This document shows positions 29,424 through 41,776 of a stretch of DNA of 64,000 nucleotides, one piece after another (within the stretch, counting starts at the first letter, position 1; every line of letters starts with the position of its first letter). The notes under the pieces are model-generated. The model saw only the letters and a program-made list of their open reading frames with translations. It had not been told where the DNA came from and searched no databases. The position numbers were made by a program, and so were the translations under genes. Where the stretch lies: positions 1-64,000 of the IMG/VR virus record IMGVR_UViG_3300009104_001827. The stretch is one strand, 5' to 3'.

Positions 29424-32400
29424 GTTTATTTAATGCCTTAACGATTATATTTGCAAGGTGGAGGCTTCTGGTTTGTTCTTCTTTGGTATATCCTTCCCCG
29501 ACAAAAATAGCATCAGTTTCGCAGGTCACATATATTTCTGAACCTTTCTTTCTTGTTTCGATTTTCCAATTCATTATTAAGGCTTTACTTATTTGTCTCA
29601 ATCGTATTCGCAATTCGCTCCATTGTTTTATTTAAAATAACAACTTGCGAGGTTAAAGCTTCAATGAAAGTACAAACATCACCTAGTCCGTTATCAATTC
29701 TTTTTGCACTATTTTCAGAATTGTGATTAAAGTCTGACCGCAAATCATCAATGCACGATGCAATATCGCTTATGTTATTTACTTGTCTCTCTTTTAGTTT
29801 GTAGTCGTAACCATTCATTGATATTTTTGGTGATGCCCACCTCTCATTTGGGATTCTTCTTCGGGTGATAACTTTTTAGAGTCAACAAAATCTTCTTCCT
29901 CTATACCGCAAGCTTCTAAAGTCTCAATAAAATGAGCGTCAGATTTCCAGAAAAGCTCAACAAGGTCGTCATAAACATACCTCATCAAATCATCCAAACT
30001 CATATCATCAACAATGTGTTGTGCGACTTTTTCTATATTTTCTTCGTTATATTCCATCTTACTCCCTGTTTGCCCACTCCTCGCACTCATTTTCATTGTC
30101 TCCATTGAAAATTGGCTTTTCTTTTCTTTTCTTAAGGTCATCGTACTCATCATAGGTTTTATCAATCAACCTCTTGAGCCTGTCTGCACTTTCCCTGTCA
30201 TCGGGTTCATACAGATTGTAATAATCAAGCTCCGCTTCTAGGTCTTTTATTTTGAGAGTCAAGTCTCTTAACTGTTTGTTCATTGTCGTTCGATTTTTAT
30301 CATTTTAATTTCATCCAACGCTTTATACAATGCCTCGCAATCGGAATACCCTTCTTCCATTTCTTCATCAAATATATCAAGGGCTAGAACTGCATCACTT
30401 CTTTTAATTAATCCTTTCTGGACTTCCTTATTAAGTTCAGCTAAGAGTATATCTTTCATGCTTTTTTCGTTCGACATGGTTTAAGATTGACAGATTTCCT
30501 CCAACCTGTCAAGCCTTTTTTTTAAAAAAATTATATCCGCTTGTTGCTCAAGGAGATAGCGATTCTTTGCTTATTTGGTCTTTTCTCGTTCGCAATTCGC
30601 TGATGCTATATTTATTTCATCTTCTGCAAGCATTATGTCCCTTTCCCTTTCCTCTATATGGTCATAAGGGTCATCGTATTTATATTTAATACTTTCAATG
30701 GAAAAATTAGAAGTTCCCATACCTTCGATATGGACTTGATACTCATCCTTCCAGATTGTTATTTGGTCTCCTTTTTCTAATTTATTTGCAATAAAAGAAA
30801 TATATTCAAGGTATTTGTCGTGCGGTAATTCAGCCTTCTCCATAACTGCCTTTTTCTCCAAAAAGAGCATTCCACTCGTCACGAATATCAATATCGGGCA
30901 TATTTTCAAGACCCTCAAATCCATCAATAAGCATATTAATAATATCAGATGTGTTCATATTCATTGCTTCTAGTTCTGCTAGGTCAAAACGCATATCCTC
31001 TGTCGTAGGTTCGGTCTTTCTTATTTCTCTTGATGTCGTTCTCATTATTTACGCAACAGTAAAAAAGTTTTTTCGTTCTGCATCAACGCCGAATAATGCT
31101 CCAGAATCATTACCCTCTGCATCCTTACTTGGATATATTAAACACCCATTATCTAACTCCAAAACAGGCGTATTCTTATGGGGGCATTTATACCATCCCT
31201 CCTTTTGGTATTCCTCATCGGTCATCTGGCGAACCTTGATTATTTTACTTCCCTCAATCATTGCTTATTCTTCTTTATGCAGGTGGATTGTTATTTGAAC
31301 ATTTTCATTTTCATTAGTGGGAAAAACCCATAAAAAGCTTTTATTTTCATGCAACATTTCTTCAAGTTCTTCGTTGCTAAAAGGTATTGAAATACTGTAA
31401 TCTTCGTTCATATTTTTTATGTTATTATTTAATTTTCTTCTTGTCGCATTATATTCTAATTCGTGAATATATTCATGAGTTTCAAGAAACTCTTCTTTGC
31501 TTAATTTATTAAAACTTTTTAATAAGTCTTTATCGTTGCAAAAGTCTTTATTCGTAGTCATTATTTGGTGAAGTACCACAAACAACTGCCTCCATTAAGG
31601 TCATGCAATATTTGTCCACTTCCTTTTCGATTTCACTTGCAAGTCTTCGTCTATTAAATCCCCCACCTCGTTGTCTGATATGTTTATTTAATACTTCTAA
31701 AATTATTTTATTTAGTTCCATCTTGTTTCTCTTTTAAGTCTATTAATGATAGTACCGCCGACTCTAATTCAAATCCTGCCTGTTTATATGTTCCGAAGGC
31801 GTGCCTTCCATCCATTTGTAGCCACATATTATATATCACCCTAATTCTCTCCTTATTTGGCAACATTGATATACTATTTGTGACATTAGACCAAAATTGA
31901 TACGAAAGTCTTCTCCTTATTTTCTTCTTTGGGTAATGTACTGCCAAAGGGCTTTTGACAAAATCGGCTATGTTTTTATGTTGTTGAAAGAGTGGTATAT
32001 TTGGGGTATAGTAGTTGGCATTATAAGTTCCATTACCCTTGCTAGCTTGGTTGCTCGTTAATGCGTTCTGTGGTTTTGCGGTTCCGTATTTCATTGTGAA
32101 ATAATCATGGCAGGTATCGCTTTATTTGTCAACCTTATTTTCCTTTAATTCTCTAAATACATCTTGCTCCTCTTGCTCATGAATATATTCCATCCAGTCA
32201 TCGAACACCGAAAGAGCAACTACATAGTTATCGCTTTCTGCACAATATCCATCATTGTCAAGTTGGTTCATGTGCATTTTACAACCTTCCACCACTAGGT
32301 CGATGGCTTCGCTGATGTGCATGGGCTTATTATTTGAATCACACACGCTAGTATTTTTTACCTAATCTTTGTTATATTTAAATTCCTCGCAGTATGCAAC

Positions 32401-33120
32401 TTCAGCATTTTGTTTCCATGTCTTGCTGATTTCCCAATCTTCATCGACTGCATCAAGGGCTAACTCCTCTGCTTTTTCTTTGGATTCTGCTTTGATGTCA
32501 TAATGGCGATATGTCGTGCTACTTATTTCTACTTGATACCATTTAGTTTTCATTTTTATTCTTCTTAATCATCATTCATACGACTTAAAAGGGGACATCT
32601 TGGCTATCGTGATCCAATTCTCCGACATAGGTTATTTCCCAACCATGCGTCCAATCTGAGCTTCCTCTTCCATGTTCGTCAGACATTTCCATGCACTCCC
32701 ATGCTTTACTCTTTGCTTCTTGTACTGAGGTTGCGTTAATTTCAACTGATTCTCTTTTTAGAACCGAAAACTCAACCTCGTACCTTTTATTTTTAGTCTC
32801 CCCCTTCATTGTCTAGCTTTGCTATTAGTGATTCTAGTTGGCGTATTTTTTCTAGGTTAGATGTTGTAAACTGACCTATGCCCTTGGTTGCGATGGAACG
32901 CTTTAATTCGTCTATTTTACGAATGAGGTAATTGTCTGCGTCCTCCATTGAGCATATTTACACTAATCAATATCGACAGTCTCTCCCAAGAAAACTATAA
33001 AAGACTGTTTGGACGCTTTTGCTAATTTCACGGCGGTTCTTCGTGCCTTTGTTCTTCCTTGAACTTCTTCGACCACATATAGCCCGTCATATATTTCATA
33101 ATAACCATTAAAGCTAGGAT
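29413..33120 (-). other. Dense run of small hypothetical ORFs (60-130 aa)
   Basis: Abutting or overlapping minus-strand ORFs with interspersed TTGAC promoters. Confidence 0.7.
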
Positions 33121-33135
33121 TTTTTACTACTTTAA

Positions 33136-33624
33136 TCATTTCGTTTCCTTTTTATCCTTGTTTCTCTCTGTGCGTATTATATGATGCACTTCGTCCTCAA
33201 ATTCTTGAGTGCAATACCATTCTACATGAGTAACTCCCTTGAGGGTATCGCAGTCATCGTCAAAAAAGGATTTAGTTATTCCAAGTGGCGGACTCCATGC
33301 CGTTCTAAAACAATACTCTACATGAGTGTCGGATTCATTGGCAATTTCTGCGTCCTGAGAGTTCCATTTCGTACCCCAATTATCCAAACTCCATACATAC
33401 CAATTATTAGGCTTGCCTTCTTTGATAACAAGGTCGCCATCGACCATCTCCATGTCGTCACTATTTACTCCACCCTTCGCTTGAAACTTCTTTGAGTTTT
33501 TGGGCATGGGTATGATTTTATTAAAATCAAAGACATTATCCTTGGATTTAAATTTCTTTTTAAGTTCCTTTATTTTTTTCTTAGAAGCTTCGATTCTAAA
33601 TGTATTATGCGTCCAGTTAGGCAT
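33136..33624 (-). CDS. DUF1281/YubB-like phage protein
   Basis: MPNW, FDFNKIIPMP, NWGTKWN, FRTAWSPP. Confidence 0.75.
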   Translation of the reverse strand: MPNWTHNTFRIEASKKKIKELKKKFKSKDNVFDFNKIIPMPKNSKKFQAKGGVNSDDMEMVDGDLVIKEGKPNNWYVWSLDNWGTKWNSQDAEIANESDTHVEYCFRTAWSPPLGITKSFFDDDCDTLKGVTHVEWYCTQEFEDEVHHIIRTERNKDKKETK

Positions 33625-34126
33625 CTTATTCGCTCCTGTATTTGCCGTCAGCCATATATTTGCATAAACTGCTTGCGTCAGTAAAATGGATAGTTTTAAG
33701 ATCGGAATCTTCGTCCCATCGGGAAAGAATCCTGTCCATCATTCCGCTTTGCTTAACCTTCTGCCACCAATCATCTGGGTACATACCCGCTCTTGCCTCT
33801 TTGATTGCGTCACACGCATCCCTCCAATCTTGGGGGGACTGACAGGAGTCTAACCTGTCGAGTTCTTCTTGAGTAATATTTTTCATTATGGTTTAATGTT
33901 AGACTAATTCTTGGGGCTTGTCAAGGTTTTTTTATAAATTAAGTAAGATTATCCCCATTGATAGAATAGATTCCCGTTGCCTTGTATGGTCATTCTGTAA
34001 TTAGATTTGCATTTCGGGTAATCCCATTTTTCCGCAAAAGAAAAAAGAGCGTCATTTATGGAGTGATACTTCTCTGCGTAAACTTTGGTGCCAGTACGCT
34101 TTAGCACAACTTCTAATGTATATTGC

Positions 34127-34651
34127 TCACGGAGTCTCCTCAAAAGACCTCCCCGTTTTAAGATCGTATATTACGAGATCTGAATGAGATGAGCTATACT
34201 CCACAACATATTCGTAAGCTTCGTTATGAGTTCTACAAGTGAACAGTAAATCATTTCCTGCATCGTTTACTTGGCGAACCTCATAACGATAATTAACTTC
34301 ACGCACAATATAGGAATGACCTGTCTTAAGATCATTCATATTATTTCGTTTTGCATATTCTTCTGCTTCTGCTTTCGTCGCAAATACGGGATTGATAAAA
34401 GGGTCATTACCCCATCTCTCATCATATGCTTGATATAAAATAAAGGGTTGTTTTCTTAGGTCTGCGATTTTACCATTTGAGAGTGCATGGAGATAGTCTA
34501 CAAGTCTCATATTTAAATCTGAAGCCTTCGCCCTCAGAACATCTTCGTCATAGTTCTCCATAGGAATAGGAGAGGTTACTACGGGTTTTTCCGTTGCGAC
34601 GCAACCCACCATTAGGATTGCGATTAAAATAATTATGTCTGCTCGTTTCAT
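34127..34651 (-). CDS. Putative lipoprotein
   Basis: Hydrophobic signal ending MVGC. Confidence 0.65.
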   Translation of the reverse strand: MKRADIIILIAILMVGCVATEKPVVTSPIPMENYDEDVLRAKASDLNMRLVDYLHALSNGKIADLRKQPFILYQAYDERWGNDPFINPVFATKAEAEEYAKRNNMNDLKTGHSYIVREVNYRYEVRQVNDAGNDLLFTCRTHNEAYEYVVEYSSSHSDLVIYDLKTGRSFEETP

Positions 34652-36082
34652 TGCTCTTTAAACCCTTCTGATTTTAAATAATCCTCTACCCCTCTGACTT
34701 CTGGAAACCACTCAAAGGCATCTGGCGAAAAACACTCGTCAACACTTTTGGGGTGATACCCCACAGAAACCAATAACCCTTTTATTTGAGGAATTAGTTC
34801 CGCTAAATTTAGATCGTCACCTTCGCTTTCCCAACTGAAGGTGCCTCCATATGATTCAATCGTTATTTTCATCCTCTCCCCAACACTCTAGCTTTTTCTG
34901 ATTCGGGCACAGTGCTATCATGGATAACTCCCGAAATACCACTCGCTTTCTTATCTCCAAGAGGACGAACTAACCAATATACGATCTCGCTCAATGGATG
35001 CGCGAACATATTGTGTACAAACCAATTTTTATATATTTTATTCATTTCTTTGTTATTCTTGCTTTAAGTCTGGCGCGTTCTTTCTTCGCTCCTTTGTTTT
35101 TTCCTAAAAGTTTATCCAAGTGGGCAAGTTGTTGCTTGTCTGAGCGTTTAGCTCTTGCTTCTGCGCATTTCTTTGCACTTTCCTGTCTGCGTTGCCGTTG
35201 GGGATGGGTGCATTTTTTTTGCGTAGAAGTAGTAATCTCTTCGACAACCCTTTTTTGTTCTTGTGGATATTTATTCGCCATGTTTAAATAAATTGAAATA
35301 GTTTAAGTAAAATGATCACTTGCAAGGCTACCGTTGCAAGCCCGAATAGAGTTCGCAGGAACTCCATTTTATGATTATGCCTATCAAACCAACGCTCTAG
35401 CTTGCTTCGGGGGCTCAAATTGTAAGGTTTTTTCCTTCTCCTGTTCTTGTTTCTTTTTTTATTTTGAAAAGGCGGTCGTGTTAAATCTTTTGGTTTATTG
35501 CTCATTGCGTTATACTCTACTACATTTTGATCCTCTTGTCAAGGAAATTATTCAATTCCCCATTGTTTCTTGTAATCTGCTCTTTGCTCGTCAGAAAGCT
35601 TATCCCACCAGTTTTCATCAAAAAGCTCCCCCATGACATTTCTGCCGAAATCTTCAACAGATCTACCCTTCGGCATCATAGACTGAATAGCCTCTAAGAC
35701 CTTTTTCCCTACATTGTCGTGGACGGTATTGAAGTTGTAGGTGGTCATATCTTTATCACTGCCATAACCAAATTCAATAGTAATATAACAATCATCTATT
35801 ACATCTGTTCTGTCCGTTACTGGACACTTCATGTTGTTAGTTATGTTGGATTCGCTGGGATCGGTCATTTTAAATCTCCTTGTTTTATTAATTCTTCCAT
35901 ACATTCAAAAGTCGCATCGCAACGAAGTTCATGAAGTTCCATCATGCCAATAATTATATTCATCTTTTGGTCTTCAGTTAAGCCCTCTTTTGTGTCGAAC
36001 TCTTTATGCATCATGGCACTCAAGTCTTCATTCACTTGATACAAAGATTGTATACATTCTTCTAATTTAAATCTGTCGTATT

Positions 36083-36691
36083 TCATGTTGTCCTTTCAAA
36101 TGCTGACTTCTGCCAATCAGCTGGGGAATCTTTTCCTAGATCATCATACTTAACTATATAGCATTCGATTAAAGAGTCAAGAAAAATATCCTCAATTATT
36201 GCTTTTATTATTTTCCAATTACCTCCTGCAAGCCCACAAGAGATTCCATAAGGCAAACCTAGCACTTGCGGTTCGCCTGTCTCATGTTGAATGAAAAGCA
36301 AGTCTTCTTGCATTGCTTTCAATGCTTTCCAAAAATATTCATAGTTGACTTCTCTTTTCCTCACTGAATATCCCGATTGGGTATAGAGATTATAAATCCT
36401 TCCTTTATTATTTGGTAGAAACATACTCTTAATTTCGGCTTTAGAGTAATCCCCTATTTGACATCTCCAATTCCCGCCATCATTGTATTCATTATCCCAT
36501 CGCTCTCTATCTGCTTCAAAGGCTTGCGGATAGCGATCCTTTATTTGCTTTGCGATACCTGCGCCCATAACATTTTGACAGTTGCAAGAATGCGCAATGA
36601 CATTTATCCCAACATATTTGTCAGGGTCAGTTCCGCAGTGAGTCGGAAAGTCTAAGAGATTTCCGCTAATAACTTTGATTTCTTTTTGCAT
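36083..36691 (-). CDS. Macro-domain (ADP-ribose processing) protein
   Basis: HSCNCQNVMGAGIAKQI, NLYTQ, PYGISCGLAGGNW. Confidence 0.88.
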   Translation of the reverse strand: MQKEIKVISGNLLDFPTHCGTDPDKYVGINVIAHSCNCQNVMGAGIAKQIKDRYPQAFEADRERWDNEYNDGGNWRCQIGDYSKAEIKSMFLPNNKGRIYNLYTQSGYSVRKREVNYEYFWKALKAMQEDLLFIQHETGEPQVLGLPYGISCGLAGGNWKIIKAIIEDIFLDSLIECYIVKYDDLGKDSPADWQKSAFERTT

Positions 36692-36773
36692 CGTTTAAAC
36701 AAAGGTAGACTATAATAAGTATTATGTCAAGAAAAAAAATAGTGGGTTCGCAGGGGCTTGAACCCTAAATTAG

Positions 36774-36856
36774 TGCGGATGGTGGGACTTGAACCCACAC
36801 GCCCTACGGGCAACGGATTTTAAGTCCGTAGCGTCTACCGATTCCGCCACATCCGC
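36774..36856 (-). tRNA. tRNA-Leu(TAA)
   Basis: Cloverleaf with anticodon arm ACGGA-CTTAAAA-TCCGT and long variable arm; no encoded CCA. Confidence 0.92.
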
Positions 36857-36864
36857 AAAAAAAA

Positions 36865-36954
36865 TGGCGGAGAAGGTGGGATTTGAACCCACGGTTGCGT
36901 TTCCGCAACACAACATTTCCAATGTTGCACAATAAGCCTCTCTGTCACCTCTCC
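36865..36954 (-). tRNA. tRNA-Ser(GGA)
   Basis: CAACA-TTGGAAA-TGTTG anticodon arm, long variable arm, GCCA end. Confidence 0.92.
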
Positions 36955-37163
36955 TACTACCTTGACTATTCATCATGTAATTTTCTCTTTTTAACTATTT
37001 TCCAAACTTTGCCGTCTTTATCAAGGTCGCAACTCCAAAACATCACTTTGCTGTATAGAGGGTACAACCAAGCAAAGCAGTTAAGGCGCAAAAACTGAGA
37101 AATAAAATCTCCAATGTAGTAAAGAATCTTACTTAAAAATACTTTCATTTATTTTATTTTTGA

Positions 37164-37239
37164 TGGAGCCACCTGTCGGGATCGAACCGACGACATCCTC
37201 ATTACAAGTGAGGTGCTCTACCAGCTGAGCTAAGGTGGC
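37164..37239 (-). tRNA. tRNA-Thr(TGT)
   Basis: CCTCA-CTTGTAA-TGAGG anticodon arm, CCA end. Confidence 0.95.
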
Positions 37240-37855
37240 TTATTTTTTCTTATCTATTTCTTTTAAAATTTCTATTTTTTCTTGTTTTGTTAAGGCTCTA
37301 TATTTTTTTTCTGCGCAAATCCATGCCGAGCGAATTCTTTGTGCGTAATGTGCTTTAAAAGTTTTATCGCTTATGAACTGGACTGTAAGATAGTCAATTA
37401 TTTTGTTCTTCATGCTTCATGGTACACCCCTCGTCATTCAAAGCAACACACTAATAATAAAGCCAATTGTTTTAAATATTTTTAATTCTGGAAGAGTGAT
37501 GAACTTAAAAAACCTTTTACTACCTTGAGCTTGAAGTACTAACTCTCTAGTATTTATATACTTATGTCTTAAAAAGTTCATCTACCAACTGTTGAAGGTT
37601 ATGTTTTCTCTATTATTTGAGTGCTCTTTCATTTCTTTTAATATTTGCCTTAGAATCTCTTTTTGGGCAAGTATTTTCAGCCTGCCCTCTGACCTTGGGC
37701 ATTTCTCGCATTGCTTATCAAGGGTCTTGATCATATCCTCTATTATTGAGCGATCAAATCTCCCCTTATAAGACCAACCCAGATCAAAGCCTCTATGTAA
37801 GCCTTTTTGGTGAGCGGCCTCAAAGTCATTATGTATTCCATCATTAAACATTTAA

Positions 37856-38272
37856 TTATTTTGAAAAATTTGACTCTCTAATCGCATCTAGTTGTTCTTG
37901 GGTCATTTCGCTTCTCCCTCCCGTGGACTCCGATAACGCTTGTTCGTTGCTCATTTCACCGCCAATAGGTTTTTTTACTTCATTGATTTCTTTTTCTACT
38001 TCGCTTGCCCATTCCTTATCAGCTATATCAATATCTTCAAATCCCTCGGGATAGTCGGGAATGTATGTCCAGTGAGTCGCATCTCCTGTTAGAAAGCCAA
38101 ATTGACCACCAAAAACATGACCAGTTTCGGCGCAATATTCGTCATCTATACCAAAGTAGAATCCAAGGCTAACGCCTGTCATGTCGTGGAAATAAAGCAA
38201 TCTCTTGCCTTTCTCGGGAGCTTCATCTTCTATGTCAATCCATTTCATTTTATATTTTTTTGTTTTACTCAT
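37856..38272 (-). CDS. DUF551-like protein
   Basis: MKWIDIEDEAPE...ATHWTYIPDYP. Confidence 0.65.
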   Translation of the reverse strand: MSKTKKYKMKWIDIEDEAPEKGKRLLYFHDMTGVSLGFYFGIDDEYCAETGHVFGGQFGFLTGDATHWTYIPDYPEGFEDIDIADKEWASEVEKEINEVKKPIGGEMSNEQALSESTGGRSEMTQEQLDAIRESNFSK

Positions 38273-39505
38273 GTTATTTGCTCCTCTATCAAATTCTTTG
38301 TATATTTTATTGCATTTAATTTAGATTGTTTAGCAAAAGTATCGTTAGCGTTTTTAGGCTTTTGGGATTCATACTCCTCCATTACTTCATCCATAAGTTT
38401 AAGCACTTTATTTTGCGCAAGCTTTTTGCCCACACTCAAGCCTTGCTCGTATGCCCTCTCTTGGTTTTTCCAACCCTCTGTCTCTTTAAGACTCATTTAT
38501 AAATTTATTTAAAGTTCCTTTTTCTATATATAATTCATCTTCTATCATAGGGATTAAGGTTTCTCCTATTTCTATTTGATTGTCAACGCAAGATAAAGAC
38601 TCAAGTAGTGAGACTATGCTTTTCCCGATATTGGTTCTACTCTCTGTACCACTAAGAAACAAGTTGTCGGCAGTTACAAGCGTAAGATCATCAAGTTTAA
38701 TGATGATTGCAGATACTTGATCTGAGTTACCTCTTATTCCTAGTTTAATTTTCATGTCGATGTTTTGCTATTTTGTAAACATATATTTCTAATGTGTCGA
38801 TTAGACAACCATATCGTAAACCATGCACATTACCAAAAAAATAGCAATATAGAAAAAGGGGTCATCGGTCATCTTCTCTTAATTCTCTTAATAGTTTTAC
38901 CCACTTATTGGCATCGTCCAGCTCATCGAAAATTTTACCCCAATTATTTTTATTGGGTTTATTTACAGCCTTTAATAGTTCTGCAGCCAATTCGTTTAGC
39001 TCTTCGGCGCATTTTAAGAATATATGCCTTTCTTCTTCATTTAGTTTCATCTCGTTTGGGGAGTGTGGTTAAAAATGCCTTATAGCTCTCTATTGCCCTC
39101 GCAACCTCTAATCCAGCCTCAAGGTCTTGGGTTTTATCTAGATAAGATTCTCCTTGGCGAATAATTTCCTTTACGGTTTGAATGTATGCCTTGTTTAGTC
39201 CTCTTACTTTTTCGGGGTAATATTCTGTTGGATGGTTTTTTAAGTCTTTCCTGATTAATCTCGCCCGAACAATGCCCTCTTGATATGCCTTGAAGTGTTT
39301 GCCTGCACTCTCCATGCAGTATATTACACTTCTCCTAGCGCTTTTTGAACAATCATAAACTGTTGTTCTGTGACGAGAATTTGCTTTTCACAAACCAACA
39401 CAATCTTGTAAACTATATTCGCCTTACCTATTGGGACGCTTTCCTTGAGATACGAAACGTTATGTATCGGAACATGATATATGTCCCCACTATTATCTGG
39501 TATTG

Positions 39506-40453
39506 TTAAGTACATTGTAATTCCATCTCCTTGCACACCGCCATTCCTCCACTTGTTATCTTTCGCTTTCCGTCTATTTCTATAAAGTTTTTATTTAAAA
39601 GGTATAGCTCATGATCTTTCTGAAGCGCAGTTTTGCTTAACCCAATCTTCGCAGCAAGACCAGTAAGGGTGGCTGAGCCATGATTATTGAGAGCGTCCAA
39701 AATTTGCTTTTCAGTATAAGTTATTCCATGCGGTAATATGGAGACATTATCGCATAATTCCTTGAAATTGTCAAGGTTAAACATATAATTTCTTTTTGCC
39801 CCACAATAGAGAGATATTTCCTTAGCCCTCATGACTGCACTTCTTGCGTTGTTTCGTACGGTTTTCGCAACTTCTGGAAGGCACCTTTTGCTGATGACTA
39901 CTTCTGGGGAACACAACTTGAGAATATCACCTAGTTCGTCTTCTGAGTAAGGGGCGAAATCAACATTTGTTAATCTATCTTTAAGCGGGGGAAAGATCTT
40001 ATCGCTCTCAGTCGTAGCGAAAATAAAGGTCTGCTTTTTAAAATCAAAAGTAAAGGTTTGCTCGTTCCATTCCAAGGATTTAGTTGTAGACGTTTCCGTA
40101 TTAAAAACTGTTAGAAACGCCATGGTTAAGTCCTTAGGTAAAGCGTGGCACTCATCAAACAAAATTGTAATCTCATTATCTGCTACTAAGGGTAGGAATA
40201 TTTGCTCAAAAAACTGTTCATTATTTTTAATGGTGGAGCAGTTTAGCTCAAGGAACGCCCGCTTGCTTTCATCTCTATTTTTGAGATTTTTTGCAAACTC
40301 TTTTGCGAATTGAGTTTTGCCTAGCCCCTTTGCTCCAGTAAGAAGTAAAAATGGGCATACTCCAGTTTTATTAAAAGCATCCAAGTAAAACGATAGTTTC
40401 TTCTTTACGGCACCTTGTCCGATAAGGTCTGGGAAATAATTAGTCTTCATCAA
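39506..40453 (-). CDS. RuvB-like AAA+ ATPase
   Basis: LIGQ, GAKGLGKT, LFDECH, FATTE, PLKDR, C-terminal HELYLL...GKRKIT winged-helix-like segment. Confidence 0.8.
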   Translation of the reverse strand: MMKTNYFPDLIGQGAVKKKLSFYLDAFNKTGVCPFLLLTGAKGLGKTQFAKEFAKNLKNRDESKRAFLELNCSTIKNNEQFFEQIFLPLVADNEITILFDECHALPKDLTMAFLTVFNTETSTTKSLEWNEQTFTFDFKKQTFIFATTESDKIFPPLKDRLTNVDFAPYSEDELGDILKLCSPEVVISKRCLPEVAKTVRNNARSAVMRAKEISLYCGAKRNYMFNLDNFKELCDNVSILPHGITYTEKQILDALNNHGSATLTGLAAKIGLSKTALQKDHELYLLNKNFIEIDGKRKITSGGMAVCKEMELQCT

Positions 40454-41776
40454 AATTAGTGAGTTGATATTCTATTTTAGGTTCCTCCTTAGGAGGCTTG
40501 GATTCTTGAACGGCGTTAGAGTAAGTAGTCGTTTGGGATATAAGTGACTCTAGCCACGCTTTCCCAACCTTAACTAGAGACTTGCGCCCAACATAATCCC
40601 CAAGTTCTTCGTACGATATTTCAATATAGGGTGAATACCCCTTTGGTCTTCCTCTGCTCATGGTAAATATACATTACCTGATTAATTATCAGAAGTCAAG
40701 ATAATTTTAATTTCTTCTGAAGATTCCTTGAGTGCATCCCTTAGGTTCGCCGTAACTAACTTTAATTCTTTAAAGCTTGCTGCGGAAACCTCCCTTTCGG
40801 GGGGAATTGAAAAAGCGTTCTCTTCGTAAAATTCTTCAAGCTCCATGATGGTTGTAAGCTGCTTATTATAATAATTATCAAGCCCTTGCTCAACTTCATT
40901 AAACTGAGACAACAAATCATCCTTATTTATGGGCGCCTCAAATGACTCGCCCGCCTCTTGAGCGAAATAGTCATGAACTTGACCAACTAAGAAATGATAC
41001 TCATCTTCAAGCATGGCGACCTTGCTTAAGGCAAAATCGTGAGTATCCCATAAGGTTTCTAGATCGCTCATTAAAATGCTCCGTAAACTACTTGACGATC
41101 TTCTTCAATATAATTCCAATTGTCGGGCATAAGGCAATGATAATCTTGGTAAATTGCCTCCATATTATATCTGAAATCGTTCAAAGTTGTGTCATCCTCT
41201 AATTGATGCTTGAGAACGTAATCTGATATCGCTTCCGCGATCACCTTCATACGGAAGGGATCTGCCTCAACCTTCAGATGGTGTTCCGATACTGCTAGCG
41301 TGTCCATGTTATAGAAACTTATAGAGGACTTCTAGTTGTCCTCCGCCCACATATCTATTAAAGTATAGGCAAAACTCCGCCACTCTAGACCTGCTCCAGC
41401 CTTCGTTATTAATTATGTCCCCTACTTTAGTATAGAGTCCATCATGCCACATTTCTGTTAGTTCTATGAATTCTGTATTTTTCATGATGGTTTAAGTCTG
41501 GCAGAACCTGGCGGGAATGTCAAGGTTTTTTTTGTTTTTTATCAATTGTAAGCATTAAATGGTAGTCGTCATCCTCAAGAGAGACTGTGAACTGCACTGA
41601 ATGATTTCCTTCCTGAAACATAAGGAAGGCAATGACGTCTTGAATTTGGTCGGGATGGAGTCCTCCGAATGTCGTCCCTTTATTGAATTTACCCTTATTT
41701 GCTAAAATCTTAGAAAGAATTTCCTTTAAATCGTCACTCGTAAAAGAGCTTAACTCGTACCCTTTATTAAATGCTA

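Noticed and set aside
36741-36766. Additional tRNA next to tRNA-Leu
   Set aside because: Only a T-arm-like fragment (GGGTTCAAGCCC on the minus strand); no D or anticodon arms
36770-36976. 68-aa ORF, and likewise ORFs 55015..55248 and 50112..50306
   Set aside because: Shadow frames over tRNA or tmRNA genes
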